Of a DNA stretch of 52,522 nt, positions 28,210-37,370 are shown in pieces. The notes below the pieces were generated by a model that saw nothing but the letters and a program-made list of their open reading frames with translations, did no database searches and was not told the origin of the DNA. The stretch's first letter is position 1, and each line of letters opens with the position of its first letter. The stretch is from a virus (taxonomy: Duplodnaviria; Caudoviricetes). Location of the stretch: positions 1 through 52,522 of the IMG/VR virus record IMGVR_UViG_3300032216_000546. One strand, given 5' to 3'. A program made the position numbers and the translations under genes.

Positions 28210-31200
28210 ATGGCCGACATAACGCAAGCAGACGTATCGAATTGGTTCACAGCCAACCCATATGCGCAACCGCAAGACGTAGCCGCGGCCGTGCAGTCTG
28301 TTGGTGGGTTGTCGGCCAATCCTGGTCTTGCCAAAATGATTGCGCAACAATACGGTACCGGTGTCGATACCGTCAGTAATGCGTATAACAGCTACTATCC
28401 TACAAGTGGTGGAGGGCTACCTGCTGCGCCACCAACACCTGCCGCACCCCCAACGCCGCCTACACCTGCTACACCCCAAAACAACCCATTTGCTTCTGTT
28501 TCAAACGCGGTAGACTTAACTGGGTTTAGGACCGCATCTCAAGTTTTAAGCGCGCTTCAATCCGGCGCTATAACATCGGCTCAGGCCCAGACTGCTTTAG
28601 GTTCAGTTGCTGGCACACCCATGGGGTCTGCTAGTATTGGTGCTTTACCTTCTTACGTGGCGCCTGTAACAGCACCATCAACTGCGTTTGGTGGATTGAA
28701 CCAACCAAACACAATAACTCAACCCACTGGAACTGATGGTTTTGCTCAGTGGTATTCTAACAATCCCAACGCAACAAATACTCAAATTGGTTCGGTTTTA
28801 AACACTTTTGGTGTTACTCCAACTCAAGCTAGTGCTGTTACTGGTGTGTCCAATAAAACAGCACAAGAAAATTATTTAACGCTTGATCAAATTGACAGTC
28901 AAACAGGCGGGGTATTGTCTCCGCTTATTTACGCAGTTAATTCTGGTTCAACGTATACCGACAATGGAAATGGCACTATCAACATTGATAAAGCCGTGGA
29001 CAATGAAGGCAATGTATTAGGTGCCGCAGCGGTTCCTGGGTACGATAATCTTTACGCGTACTCAACAGGTAATGGTGTTCGTGGCGGTATGCAAACGTTT
29101 TATTTCCAGGTTGATCCAATAACAGGTACAACTGTGCCTGTTAAAGACCCTACTAAAAACCTTGATTGGACTCCAGGCACTACACGTGGGGGGTGGGCTA
29201 GACAAGTTAGTACTGATTTAGGTCCAATTCCAGTACTTGCTGCCGCAATATTTGCTCCAGAATTTATACCTCTTACAACTGCCACAAACACGTATATACA
29301 AACAGGGTCTATTAAAGACGCGGCAAAGGCATATGTTTTAGCAAACGCCGCCACTGCAGCAGCACCTTTTGTTGGTGGCGCAGTAAGCGGCGCTATTGGT
29401 GGCGCCGCTGGAACAATAGCTGGAGGCGCTGCCGGCGCATTGACCGCTGGCGAGATAATGTCTCAGGGCAAAGCCAATGCAGCTAAACTGATAGCCTCTG
29501 GTGCAATTGGTTCTGCAATACCTCTCATCGCTGATGAGGTTCCTGGTTATGCTAATTTAACTGCGGCACAACAAAGAATTGTAAACTCTGCTATTGCAGG
29601 AGCTGTTACGGGACAACCTCCAACACAAATAGTAATAAACGCCGCAATTGCAACAGCAAATGCGACTATTAAAGATATTAAAGATACACAAGCTGAACAA
29701 GATGCAATAGACAAAGCTGCAACTTCAAAATATACAGGGTCTATATCTGGTTTTAATGCATTACAAAACTCTGCTATTAATAATGCAATTAATCAGCAAA
29801 CTACATTTGATGCGTCTAAAGCTGTTGACGTTACTTCTGCTCAAAAAATGGCTGAAGATGCAGGCTACCACCAATTTACTTTTGACGGAAAAACTTACAC
29901 ATCAAACCCTGTAAGCCCAACAGAAAATGTAGTTAATGCCGCGATAACAAAAGATATCCTTAACAGTCAGGTGTTTGATGCGGGAGGCAGCAAAACCCTT
30001 GATGCTGCATCAAAAACAGCCGATACTGCGGGCTATCATCAGTTTACATGGAACGGAGACACCTATACAATAAGCCTGCCCAGCCCAACAGAAAAAGATG
30101 TTTTATCTGCTGCAGCTCCTACAGTTACAAAAGTAACTCCAAAAGTAGCTACGCCAGTAACAAAAACTAACGAATGGGACACCAATACCGGCCAAATTGG
30201 TTTGGGCAGTTATGACCCTCGTGCAGTAAGGTATGCAGGGTATAACACCGCTCAAGCTGTTCAAAACACTGCTGATCAACTTAATAAAACGCTTGTTAAC
30301 AATTTAGGCAACACTGTAGATCCACTTACTGGTCAAGCAATCTATAGTACCAACACAGGAGATACATTAAAAGCATCGGATCAAACCAATCCTTTAAATG
30401 TTATGAAAGCAGGATTTAGCCAAGCGGCTTCTGATATTGCAGGATTGGGCGTAAGGGGTGCTCAGTTTTTAGGCAGTACTTTAGGTTTTGATACAAGCTC
30501 ACTCAATAACGTGCAAAACCTTTTAGCAAATTCTGCTACCACAGACATGAATAAACTTGTTGGGCAAGAAAAGAATGTAGCAGGTGCTATTTCTTCTACC
30601 ATTGAGTCTGTTGGCTCTGCAATGGTTGGTGGCCCCTTGGCCGCAGTGCCTGCCATGGGTGCAATTGTTGCCAACAATTCATGGGTAGAAGGAGCTAATG
30701 CAGGGTTAAACAATACCCAGAATGCTATACGTACTACGTTGATGTCTTCAGCAGAGATGTTGGGTGAGGCACTAGGGGTGCCAGGTATGAGCAAAGTCCT
30801 CAAAAGCCTACCTGCTACTGCCTCAACTGCAGACATGATTAATGCTGTTAAAACTTTTGTTGGCGCACAAGTAAACGAACAATTTGCAGAACAAGCAACA
30901 ACAGCCATGCAAATGGGTGTTGATAAAATTAATGGAATTGGTTTACACCAAGACGCAACATTTGCGGATTACTTAAAAGCAGTTAAAGATACTGCTATGC
31001 AAACCATGTTAACTGTAGGTGGTGCGCGTGCCGCTGTTAGTGGAGCCAATGCAATTGGACAAGGTGGTTCTAACTACGTGGCCACAAACGATCAAACCAA
31101 TACACCTGTTACAGCACCAACAATATCGAATGTAGGGTCTACCGCGGCGTTTACAGGTCCTGCCGCTGCAAATGAACCGATGAATATATCTAGCGGTAAT

Positions 31201-32466
31201 GTTACATCAATTAATAGCACACCAAGCAGTTCTATATCTAATATTTCAGCCATTGGTTCATCGACTGGAACTTATAACCAGGCACCTACTTCAGGTGCTT
31301 TGGCATTAGCCCCATCGTTTAATCCTGATATAGCTACAGAGATCCATGTTGATCCTCAGTCTCAAATAAAAACTGAAGTTCAAACTGACCCAAATCAAAA
31401 AACAAAAACAGAAGTTGTTACAGACCCAAACACACAAACTCAAACTCAAACTGTTGTAAATTTTCAAACAAATGTTACTCAACAAACTAAAACAAATTTG
31501 CAAACAAATGAGCAAACTAAAACAATTACTGACCCAAGCAAAAACACAAAAACAGAAATTGTTACTAACCCGAAGACAAATACAACAACCACTACAGTTA
31601 CTGATTTAACTACTGGTAAAGTAATAGCGGCGCCAACAACAGTAGTTAACACTGCGCCTGTTGTGGCACCAGTTGTCAATCCTGCTATTGCTCCTGCTGT
31701 TAACCCAGTGGTCAATCCTGTAACTAACCCAGCAGTTAACCCACCTGTAGTAAAGCCGCCTGTTGTTATTCCTCCCGTTGTTACTCCACCTGCTGTTACT
31801 CCGCCTGCTGTTACTCCGCCCGTTGTTACCCCTCCTGCTGTTACCCCGCCCGTTGTTACTCCACCTGCTGTTACACCAAAGGTGCCAGTTAAATTACCAA
31901 CAACGCCGGCGGGTAAAGCGTACACGCCACCAACGGATTTGCCTTTTATTCCTGGTGCTGATTTTTCATATAAAAAAGTAGGTTTAGATATGCCAATGCT
32001 TAATCCTTTACTTTTTTCACTGGCGGGATTAGCTCCGATGGCACGCAAAGCAAAGCCTGAAAAAAGTTTAGCTGATGTTATCTTATCTCCCAAACAAGAA
32101 GAAAAACAACTTGAAACCCCTGATGAAGTGGCTTCATTTGCACAAGGCGGATACACAGATCAGCACCCCATGGGCGAGGTCGAGTTTCGTTCTGAGGGCG
32201 GACTAGACAACAGATATATACAAGGGCGTGGTGATGGTACGTCCGATGAGATTCCTGCCATGGTAGCAAACAACGAGTTTGTATTGCCCGCAGATATTGT
32301 GTCTTCTCTTGGCAATGGTTCTAGTGAGGCAGGCGCTTCAGTACTTGACCAATTTGTCAAAGAGATTAGAAAACATAAACACTCAAACTCTCCAAGCGAA
32401 TTACCGCCAGAAAGCCCAGGCCCCTTAGCATACTTGTCTAAGGCCTTAACGAAAGGAAAAAGATAA
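28210..32466 (+). CDS. Large internal virion/ejection protein
   Basis: 1418 aa; Ala/Gly hydrophobic stretches and internal repeats; C-terminal FAQGG and GRGDGTSDEIPAMVANNEFVLPAD module. Confidence 0.7.
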   Translation: MADITQADVSNWFTANPYAQPQDVAAAVQSVGGLSANPGLAKMIAQQYGTGVDTVSNAYNSYYPTSGGGLPAAPPTPAAPPTPPTPATPQNNPFASVSNAVDLTGFRTASQVLSALQSGAITSAQAQTALGSVAGTPMGSASIGALPSYVAPVTAPSTAFGGLNQPNTITQPTGTDGFAQWYSNNPNATNTQIGSVLNTFGVTPTQASAVTGVSNKTAQENYLTLDQIDSQTGGVLSPLIYAVNSGSTYTDNGNGTINIDKAVDNEGNVLGAAAVPGYDNLYAYSTGNGVRGGMQTFYFQVDPITGTTVPVKDPTKNLDWTPGTTRGGWARQVSTDLGPIPVLAAAIFAPEFIPLTTATNTYIQTGSIKDAAKAYVLANAATAAAPFVGGAVSGAIGGAAGTIAGGAAGALTAGEIMSQGKANAAKLIASGAIGSAIPLIADEVPGYANLTAAQQRIVNSAIAGAVTGQPPTQIVINAAIATANATIKDIKDTQAEQDAIDKAATSKYTGSISGFNALQNSAINNAINQQTTFDASKAVDVTSAQKMAEDAGYHQFTFDGKTYTSNPVSPTENVVNAAITKDILNSQVFDAGGSKTLDAASKTADTAGYHQFTWNGDTYTISLPSPTEKDVLSAAAPTVTKVTPKVATPVTKTNEWDTNTGQIGLGSYDPRAVRYAGYNTAQAVQNTADQLNKTLVNNLGNTVDPLTGQAIYSTNTGDTLKASDQTNPLNVMKAGFSQAASDIAGLGVRGAQFLGSTLGFDTSSLNNVQNLLANSATTDMNKLVGQEKNVAGAISSTIESVGSAMVGGPLAAVPAMGAIVANNSWVEGANAGLNNTQNAIRTTLMSSAEMLGEALGVPGMSKVLKSLPATASTADMINAVKTFVGAQVNEQFAEQATTAMQMGVDKINGIGLHQDATFADYLKAVKDTAMQTMLTVGGARAAVSGANAIGQGGSNYVATNDQTNTPVTAPTISNVGSTAAFTGPAAANEPMNISSGNVTSINSTPSSSISNISAIGSSTGTYNQAPTSGALALAPSFNPDIATEIHVDPQSQIKTEVQTDPNQKTKTEVVTDPNTQTQTQTVVNFQTNVTQQTKTNLQTNEQTKTITDPSKNTKTEIVTNPKTNTTTTTVTDLTTGKVIAAPTTVVNTAPVVAPVVNPAIAPAVNPVVNPVTNPAVNPPVVKPPVVIPPVVTPPAVTPPAVTPPVVTPPAVTPPVVTPPAVTPKVPVKLPTTPAGKAYTPPTDLPFIPGADFSYKKVGLDMPMLNPLLFSLAGLAPMARKAKPEKSLADVILSPKQEEKQLETPDEVASFAQGGYTDQHPMGEVEFRSEGGLDNRYIQGRGDGTSDEIPAMVANNEFVLPADIVSSLGNGSSEAGASVLDQFVKEIRKHKHSNSPSELPPESPGPLAYLSKALTKGKR
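31741..31878 (+). repeat. 15-bp degenerate tandem repeat (PP[AV]VT)
   Basis: About nine copies of CCNCCNG(C/T)TGTTACN. Confidence 0.85.
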
Positions 32467-33284
32467 TGTCAGTTTACGACACGCAACAATCAACGTCTAC
32501 CACACTACCTACTTGGTTTACAGACGCACAAAAAAATATTGGCACCGACGCTGCAAAAGCATACGGCGCTACAACAGCTCCCTCGCAAACAGTTGGTGCC
32601 GATTTAGCTAAGTCTTTGTCTGGGCCAACAAACCCGTTTACCACGTCCATGGGCACACTGCAACAGATTGCGTCTGGCGCGGCTAATCCATTTTTGGCTA
32701 ACGGTCAACCGGACACAAGCACAACACTTGGTGGACTATTCAACGCACAAAATCAACAACTAAATCAATTTCTTCCTGCTATAACAGAACAAGAGGGTGC
32801 AGTAGGTATTGGTTCTGGTAACTTTGGTTCTTTACGTGGTCAAACAGCAGTTAATACTGCACGTGCAGGCGCGTTGGCTAATTTAAACACAACACAAAAT
32901 AAAGCGGCATTGGACGCATTGACACAAGCCGTACAAGCAGGCCAGGGTGTTGGTAACGTTGGTGCACAGTATGGCACAACAGGAATCAATACAGCTAATT
33001 GGCAACAACTAGGCGCGTTACCTCAATTGGCTAAATATAGTGATATCGTTAATCAAATGGGACCAACAACTAATAGGAATGTTACGCAAATTACTTCACC
33101 AAGTGCTTATCAAATGGGCGTCAATACATTAGGCGCGTTGGGTAGTAATGCGGTGCAAGGTGCGCTTTCTAATTTGCCTAGTTGGTTAACAAATATGTTA
33201 ACTCCTAATCCGCCAACTATTGACCCAAATACGGTTGATCAAAGTACTGTTCCTAATATCAACCAAATGAACATAGGGGGATAA
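32466..33284 (+). CDS. Ejection/pilot protein (P22 gp7-like position)
   Basis: TTLPTWFTD start, GNFGSLRGQ; Q/N/A/G-rich. Confidence 0.6.
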   Translation: MSVYDTQQSTSTTLPTWFTDAQKNIGTDAAKAYGATTAPSQTVGADLAKSLSGPTNPFTTSMGTLQQIASGAANPFLANGQPDTSTTLGGLFNAQNQQLNQFLPAITEQEGAVGIGSGNFGSLRGQTAVNTARAGALANLNTTQNKAALDALTQAVQAGQGVGNVGAQYGTTGINTANWQQLGALPQLAKYSDIVNQMGPTTNRNVTQITSPSAYQMGVNTLGALGSNAVQGALSNLPSWLTNMLTPNPPTIDPNTVDQSTVPNINQMNIGG

Positions 33285-33286
33285 AT

Positions 33287-35056
33287 ATGACAGACGAAAC
33301 AACAGGCGGGTTGCCAGCAGTAGAACCAAACATTAAAGCCACACAACCAAGCACTAAAGGTGCGACCGTTGGTGGCTTAAAGGGTGTGTCTTTAAACCCT
33401 GATCAAAGTACAGACATTCGCGCTAAGTTACAGCAAATGATTGCTGAACGCGAGGGTTATGCAAATACATACGCAGGTAAAATTGATGAGTTGCAAGGCT
33501 ATGCTGGCCCTGATTATCGTCAAAAGTATTTAGCCAACGAGCGTCAACGCCAACAAGACATTTTGAACATGCATGTTAGCATGGGCGAGTTGGCAACTGA
33601 AGACGCTCGTATAGCACAAGCCAAGGCGTTAAAAACAGCACAAGACCAGCAATTCTTTGCTATGTTAAATCAAGGCCAACCTCAGCAACCTCCTGCCGCT
33701 GGTGGATTACCAGGCATGCAACCAGGCGCCGCACCTGCACAAGCCCCCATGGGCGGAGCATTGCCTGGTGCTGCCCCAGCACCAGGACCAACTGCACAAG
33801 CTCCTATGGCTGGAGCATTGCCTGGTGCTGCCCCAACACCTGTACCGATGGGGGCAACAGAACCCAGAGCAGAGTTGATGGCACTATACAACCAAGACCC
33901 TAAAGCAGCAATCACAAAAATGATTGAAATGCGTAAGATAGATGATGTATCAAAACGTTTGCTTGCTGCAGGAGTAAAACCTGGATCCCAGGAATGGAAC
34001 AGCGCCTTAATGTTAAATGTTGCGGGCACTGGCGCAGTCACGCCGTTTGATACGCGTACAGCAGCAGGCACAACACAAACAACACCAATGGCCGCAATGT
34101 CTGGTGTGTTGGGTGGAGGTGCTCAAGCACCTGCTCCTGCGCCAGTACAAGCACCTGCTCCTGCTCCTACTCCTACTCCTGCATACGTGGATCGTCGTCA
34201 AGGATTAAAGCCTGAGACTACCCCCACAGCGGCTCCTCCAATACAGTCTCCTTTTAACCCTGGAACAAAAGAAGACTTGGAGTTCCGTGCTGCCGTAGCA
34301 AAAGAAATGGCCAGTGTACCAATAGCTGGCGAAAAAGAAGAAATTACCAAAATGGCTGGGGTTTATGTTAAACAGCAAGAAGCATTAGACACTGCGGCTT
34401 CTGCGGCGCCTCAAAACAAACTGGTTGCTGACCGTATCACAAAGAACGCAATGCAATTTCCTGATGTGATTGGTAAGCTAGGAAGACCTACAATGGCGTC
34501 TGCTTTAGGCAGAGTGCTTGCAGAGGGCATTCAAACACCATTTGGCTCAGTAAACATTCCTTCTGTTAACGCAGTAGCGACACAGCTTGATCCAGAAGCC
34601 GCAAAGATCAGGGACCCTAAAAAGAGAGAGGCCAGAATGACCGCGGCCAATGAGTTGGCCAGAGACTTTGCTTACCTCCAGTTAAACGGATCTAAGGTAT
34701 TGAACGGCCAAGGTTCAGTGTCTGACAACGAACGTGGTTTGATCAGACAAGTTGTTGGCGACTTTACCATCCTGACACCTAAGAATGTCATGTACATTGC
34801 CAAGACACTTGAGCTTGAAGCGATTAATGCTAAAGAGCAAAAAGCGTTGTGGGATTCTGAAAGAAAACGTGGAGTGTCTTGGAAAGACTTTAAGTCAAGT
34901 CCTGAGTACAAAGCACAAGAAGAAAAACAATACAGACGTACTGCGCATGCGCTAGGCATTAAATCTGAGCCGCCCTCTGCAAGCACACCTACCGCCGCCG
35001 CACCCACTGGCGGAGGAAGTGCTCTAGACCAAATCAACGCATTGAGAGGTAAATAA
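33287..35056 (+). CDS. Ejection protein
   Basis: Helical with Pro/Ala linkers; GQGSVSDNER motif; genomic context. Confidence 0.6.
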   Translation: MTDETTGGLPAVEPNIKATQPSTKGATVGGLKGVSLNPDQSTDIRAKLQQMIAEREGYANTYAGKIDELQGYAGPDYRQKYLANERQRQQDILNMHVSMGELATEDARIAQAKALKTAQDQQFFAMLNQGQPQQPPAAGGLPGMQPGAAPAQAPMGGALPGAAPAPGPTAQAPMAGALPGAAPTPVPMGATEPRAELMALYNQDPKAAITKMIEMRKIDDVSKRLLAAGVKPGSQEWNSALMLNVAGTGAVTPFDTRTAAGTTQTTPMAAMSGVLGGGAQAPAPAPVQAPAPAPTPTPAYVDRRQGLKPETTPTAAPPIQSPFNPGTKEDLEFRAAVAKEMASVPIAGEKEEITKMAGVYVKQQEALDTAASAAPQNKLVADRITKNAMQFPDVIGKLGRPTMASALGRVLAEGIQTPFGSVNIPSVNAVATQLDPEAAKIRDPKKREARMTAANELARDFAYLQLNGSKVLNGQGSVSDNERGLIRQVVGDFTILTPKNVMYIAKTLELEAINAKEQKALWDSERKRGVSWKDFKSSPEYKAQEEKQYRRTAHALGIKSEPPSASTPTAAAPTGGGSALDQINALRGK

Positions 35057-37341
35057 TGGCCTTAGACTTTTTAAACACATTGACTCCAGAACAACAAGCT
35101 GTTGCGCTTAAAGTTGCCACGGCGGCTAAAAAGTACGGCGTGCCTGTTGATCTTGCCTTGGCTGCTGCCATGCAAGAAAGTGGATTTAATCAAAAAGCTG
35201 TGTCACCAACAGGCCCTGTTGGTGTGATGCAGATGGGCAAAAAAGCCGCGCAAGACATGAAAGTTGATCGTCACAACGAAGATCAAAACATTGACGGCGG
35301 CATGCGTTATTTAAAACAACAGTTAGATAAGCACGATAACAAATTTGATACTGCGTTAATTGCTTACCACGACGGCCCTGGAAGTGATTACTTTAAAGGC
35401 GGTAAAGCAAGCCCAGAGGCACTTAACCATATTGAAAAAATTAAAAGTCTTGGTGGTTTTGCCACACCAGTTGCATCAACTGAGACCGTTCCTTCATCTG
35501 AAAACTTTGGTGTCGAACCTGTTGCAAACATTGAATACAATGATAGTGGCGATGAAGAAGACGGCGGGCGCACACGTAGCCTAGAAGACGTGGTTGCCGC
35601 TGGTACTGGTGCCGCCGCTGGTGCAGGCATTGACATGATGGGTAAAAAGTACGACACCGCCAAGCAGCAGTTGATTGACGAGCAACAAGTATTGGCTCAA
35701 CAACGTTTGGCTTTGGCACAAAAGAACGCACCTCCTGCTTATGGTTCTGGCACACAGCATTGGGCCGAAACAGAATACAACGAAGACGTCAATCGTTTTA
35801 TTAAGAACCCAACTGATAAGCCCCACGCGGTTGCAATGGCTAAACAAGTCATTCCGCAAATTCAAAAGGGTGTTGCAATGGCGCCCAACGCCGCGCCATA
35901 TCCTGGGTCAATGATTTTGAACCCAAGTCCATTGCCTCCAAAGATACCAGCGGCACCTTCCGTTGGTACAACCATGCCTCCATTGCCTCCCACCTACCGT
36001 CCAAGTTTTGGAGAGATTACAAAACGCGCAATAAAAACAACCTCTGCCCCTGGAAGAATAGCTGGTGGTGCTATCGCTGGAGGCCAAGGATACGATGCGT
36101 ATGAACGCGCACAAGAGGGCGATATACCTGGAGCAATTGCCAGCGGCTTAAGCGCTGCTGGAGGTGTTGGCATGGCCACGGCACCTAAGAAGTACGCGCC
36201 TTTGTTTGCTGTTCCCGCAATTGGTGGAGGCGCTTTGCAATATTTAGTTGATAAATTTGGACCTAAAAAGAAAGAAAGCGTACTTGAAGAACAGCCAGTA
36301 GAAAAGTTTGATAAAGGTGGTCTAGCAAAAAAGGCATTCGGGGTCGTCGCCGCCCCACTAAGTGAATTAGGCGTCCTAGCTCCACGTGCACTCAGGCAAC
36401 CAACTGCTGAAGAGATTGCGGCGTTCCAAGCACGGCCCACACAGCAAATGAAGTTCAGTGAGGCCATAGCACCGCACCAAGGCAAGTACCTTGGCCTTCA
36501 CATGTCGGACCGTTTTGGCACCCATGGAAACCGTATGGGCGGAACAGGGTTTACTAACTTTCAAAACATCAGCCCTGTGCACGCAGTTAATGACGTGGTG
36601 TGGATGAATGACAGCGAGAATGCGGCCAATAAGATTGCGCAACAAACGCATTTTAACGGTCAACCAATGATCCATTCAAACTACATTGGCGCCCCCGCAC
36701 AGCACAAGTCCAACAAGACAGTGCATGCAGATATCTTAGATAACTTTTATAAACGTTTGAATGCGGGTGAAATACCTGAAGAGACTCTCAATAAAATTAA
36801 CGCAGGCATTCAAGTAAAATCCCGCGGCACTGGAACAGTTAAAAATTTAAATTTTAGTGAACCATTTGATATCCGAGACAGATTTGCCGCACAAGAGATT
36901 GGTGGCAACACCATGGATTCTCGTGGCGCGCTATCAGAGATGTTAGGCACTGGCACAGGCGTTGGTGGGACCAAACATATTGCGGTGCCCAACTATTATG
37001 ATATCTTGGCGTCTCACGCTGACCCGTTGACACAGGGCGCACCAACAAGCTCAGTTGGCACACGTCTGTTTAGTATCAACAACGAACCGACGCAAATGAC
37101 TGACATGTTCCACCCTGACTACCGGTACACGGTACATGGAAAAGACGAGGGCGTTCAGTTCCCTGCTGTGCCACAAAATATTGCAGCACAAAAGTTTGTT
37201 GAGGACTATCAAACCAGGTTTCCAGGAAAAGACCCGCATGGTAACGCATGGTTTTCTTACCCTGGAAATCCTCAGTTAATAGATAAAAATTACATTGCAC
37301 GAGCCAGAGACTTGGGCTACGCGCAAGGTGGTTTGGTTTAG
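35056..37341 (+). CDS. Virion protein with N-terminal lytic transglycosylase (SLT) and unknown C-terminal domain
   Basis: QESGFNQKAVS, GVMQM, NIDGGMRYLK and ALIAYHDGPG; FDKGG and YAQGG bracket the C-terminal domain. Confidence 0.85.
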   Translation: MALDFLNTLTPEQQAVALKVATAAKKYGVPVDLALAAAMQESGFNQKAVSPTGPVGVMQMGKKAAQDMKVDRHNEDQNIDGGMRYLKQQLDKHDNKFDTALIAYHDGPGSDYFKGGKASPEALNHIEKIKSLGGFATPVASTETVPSSENFGVEPVANIEYNDSGDEEDGGRTRSLEDVVAAGTGAAAGAGIDMMGKKYDTAKQQLIDEQQVLAQQRLALAQKNAPPAYGSGTQHWAETEYNEDVNRFIKNPTDKPHAVAMAKQVIPQIQKGVAMAPNAAPYPGSMILNPSPLPPKIPAAPSVGTTMPPLPPTYRPSFGEITKRAIKTTSAPGRIAGGAIAGGQGYDAYERAQEGDIPGAIASGLSAAGGVGMATAPKKYAPLFAVPAIGGGALQYLVDKFGPKKKESVLEEQPVEKFDKGGLAKKAFGVVAAPLSELGVLAPRALRQPTAEEIAAFQARPTQQMKFSEAIAPHQGKYLGLHMSDRFGTHGNRMGGTGFTNFQNISPVHAVNDVVWMNDSENAANKIAQQTHFNGQPMIHSNYIGAPAQHKSNKTVHADILDNFYKRLNAGEIPEETLNKINAGIQVKSRGTGTVKNLNFSEPFDIRDRFAAQEIGGNTMDSRGALSEMLGTGTGVGGTKHIAVPNYYDILASHADPLTQGAPTSSVGTRLFSINNEPTQMTDMFHPDYRYTVHGKDEGVQFPAVPQNIAAQKFVEDYQTRFPGKDPHGNAWFSYPGNPQLIDKNYIARARDLGYAQGGLV

Positions 37342-37370
37342 GGCAAAAAAGGGGACCTAGAAGCCTCGCC

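Noticed and set aside
32519-32535. Additional GG-N10-GC sigma-54-like site (TTGGCACCGACGCTGCA)
   Set aside because: A single imperfect match inside a CDS is expected by chance.
1341-37341. Stop-codon reassignment
   Set aside because: Genes tile densely under the standard code, and TAA, TGA and TAG all act as stops.
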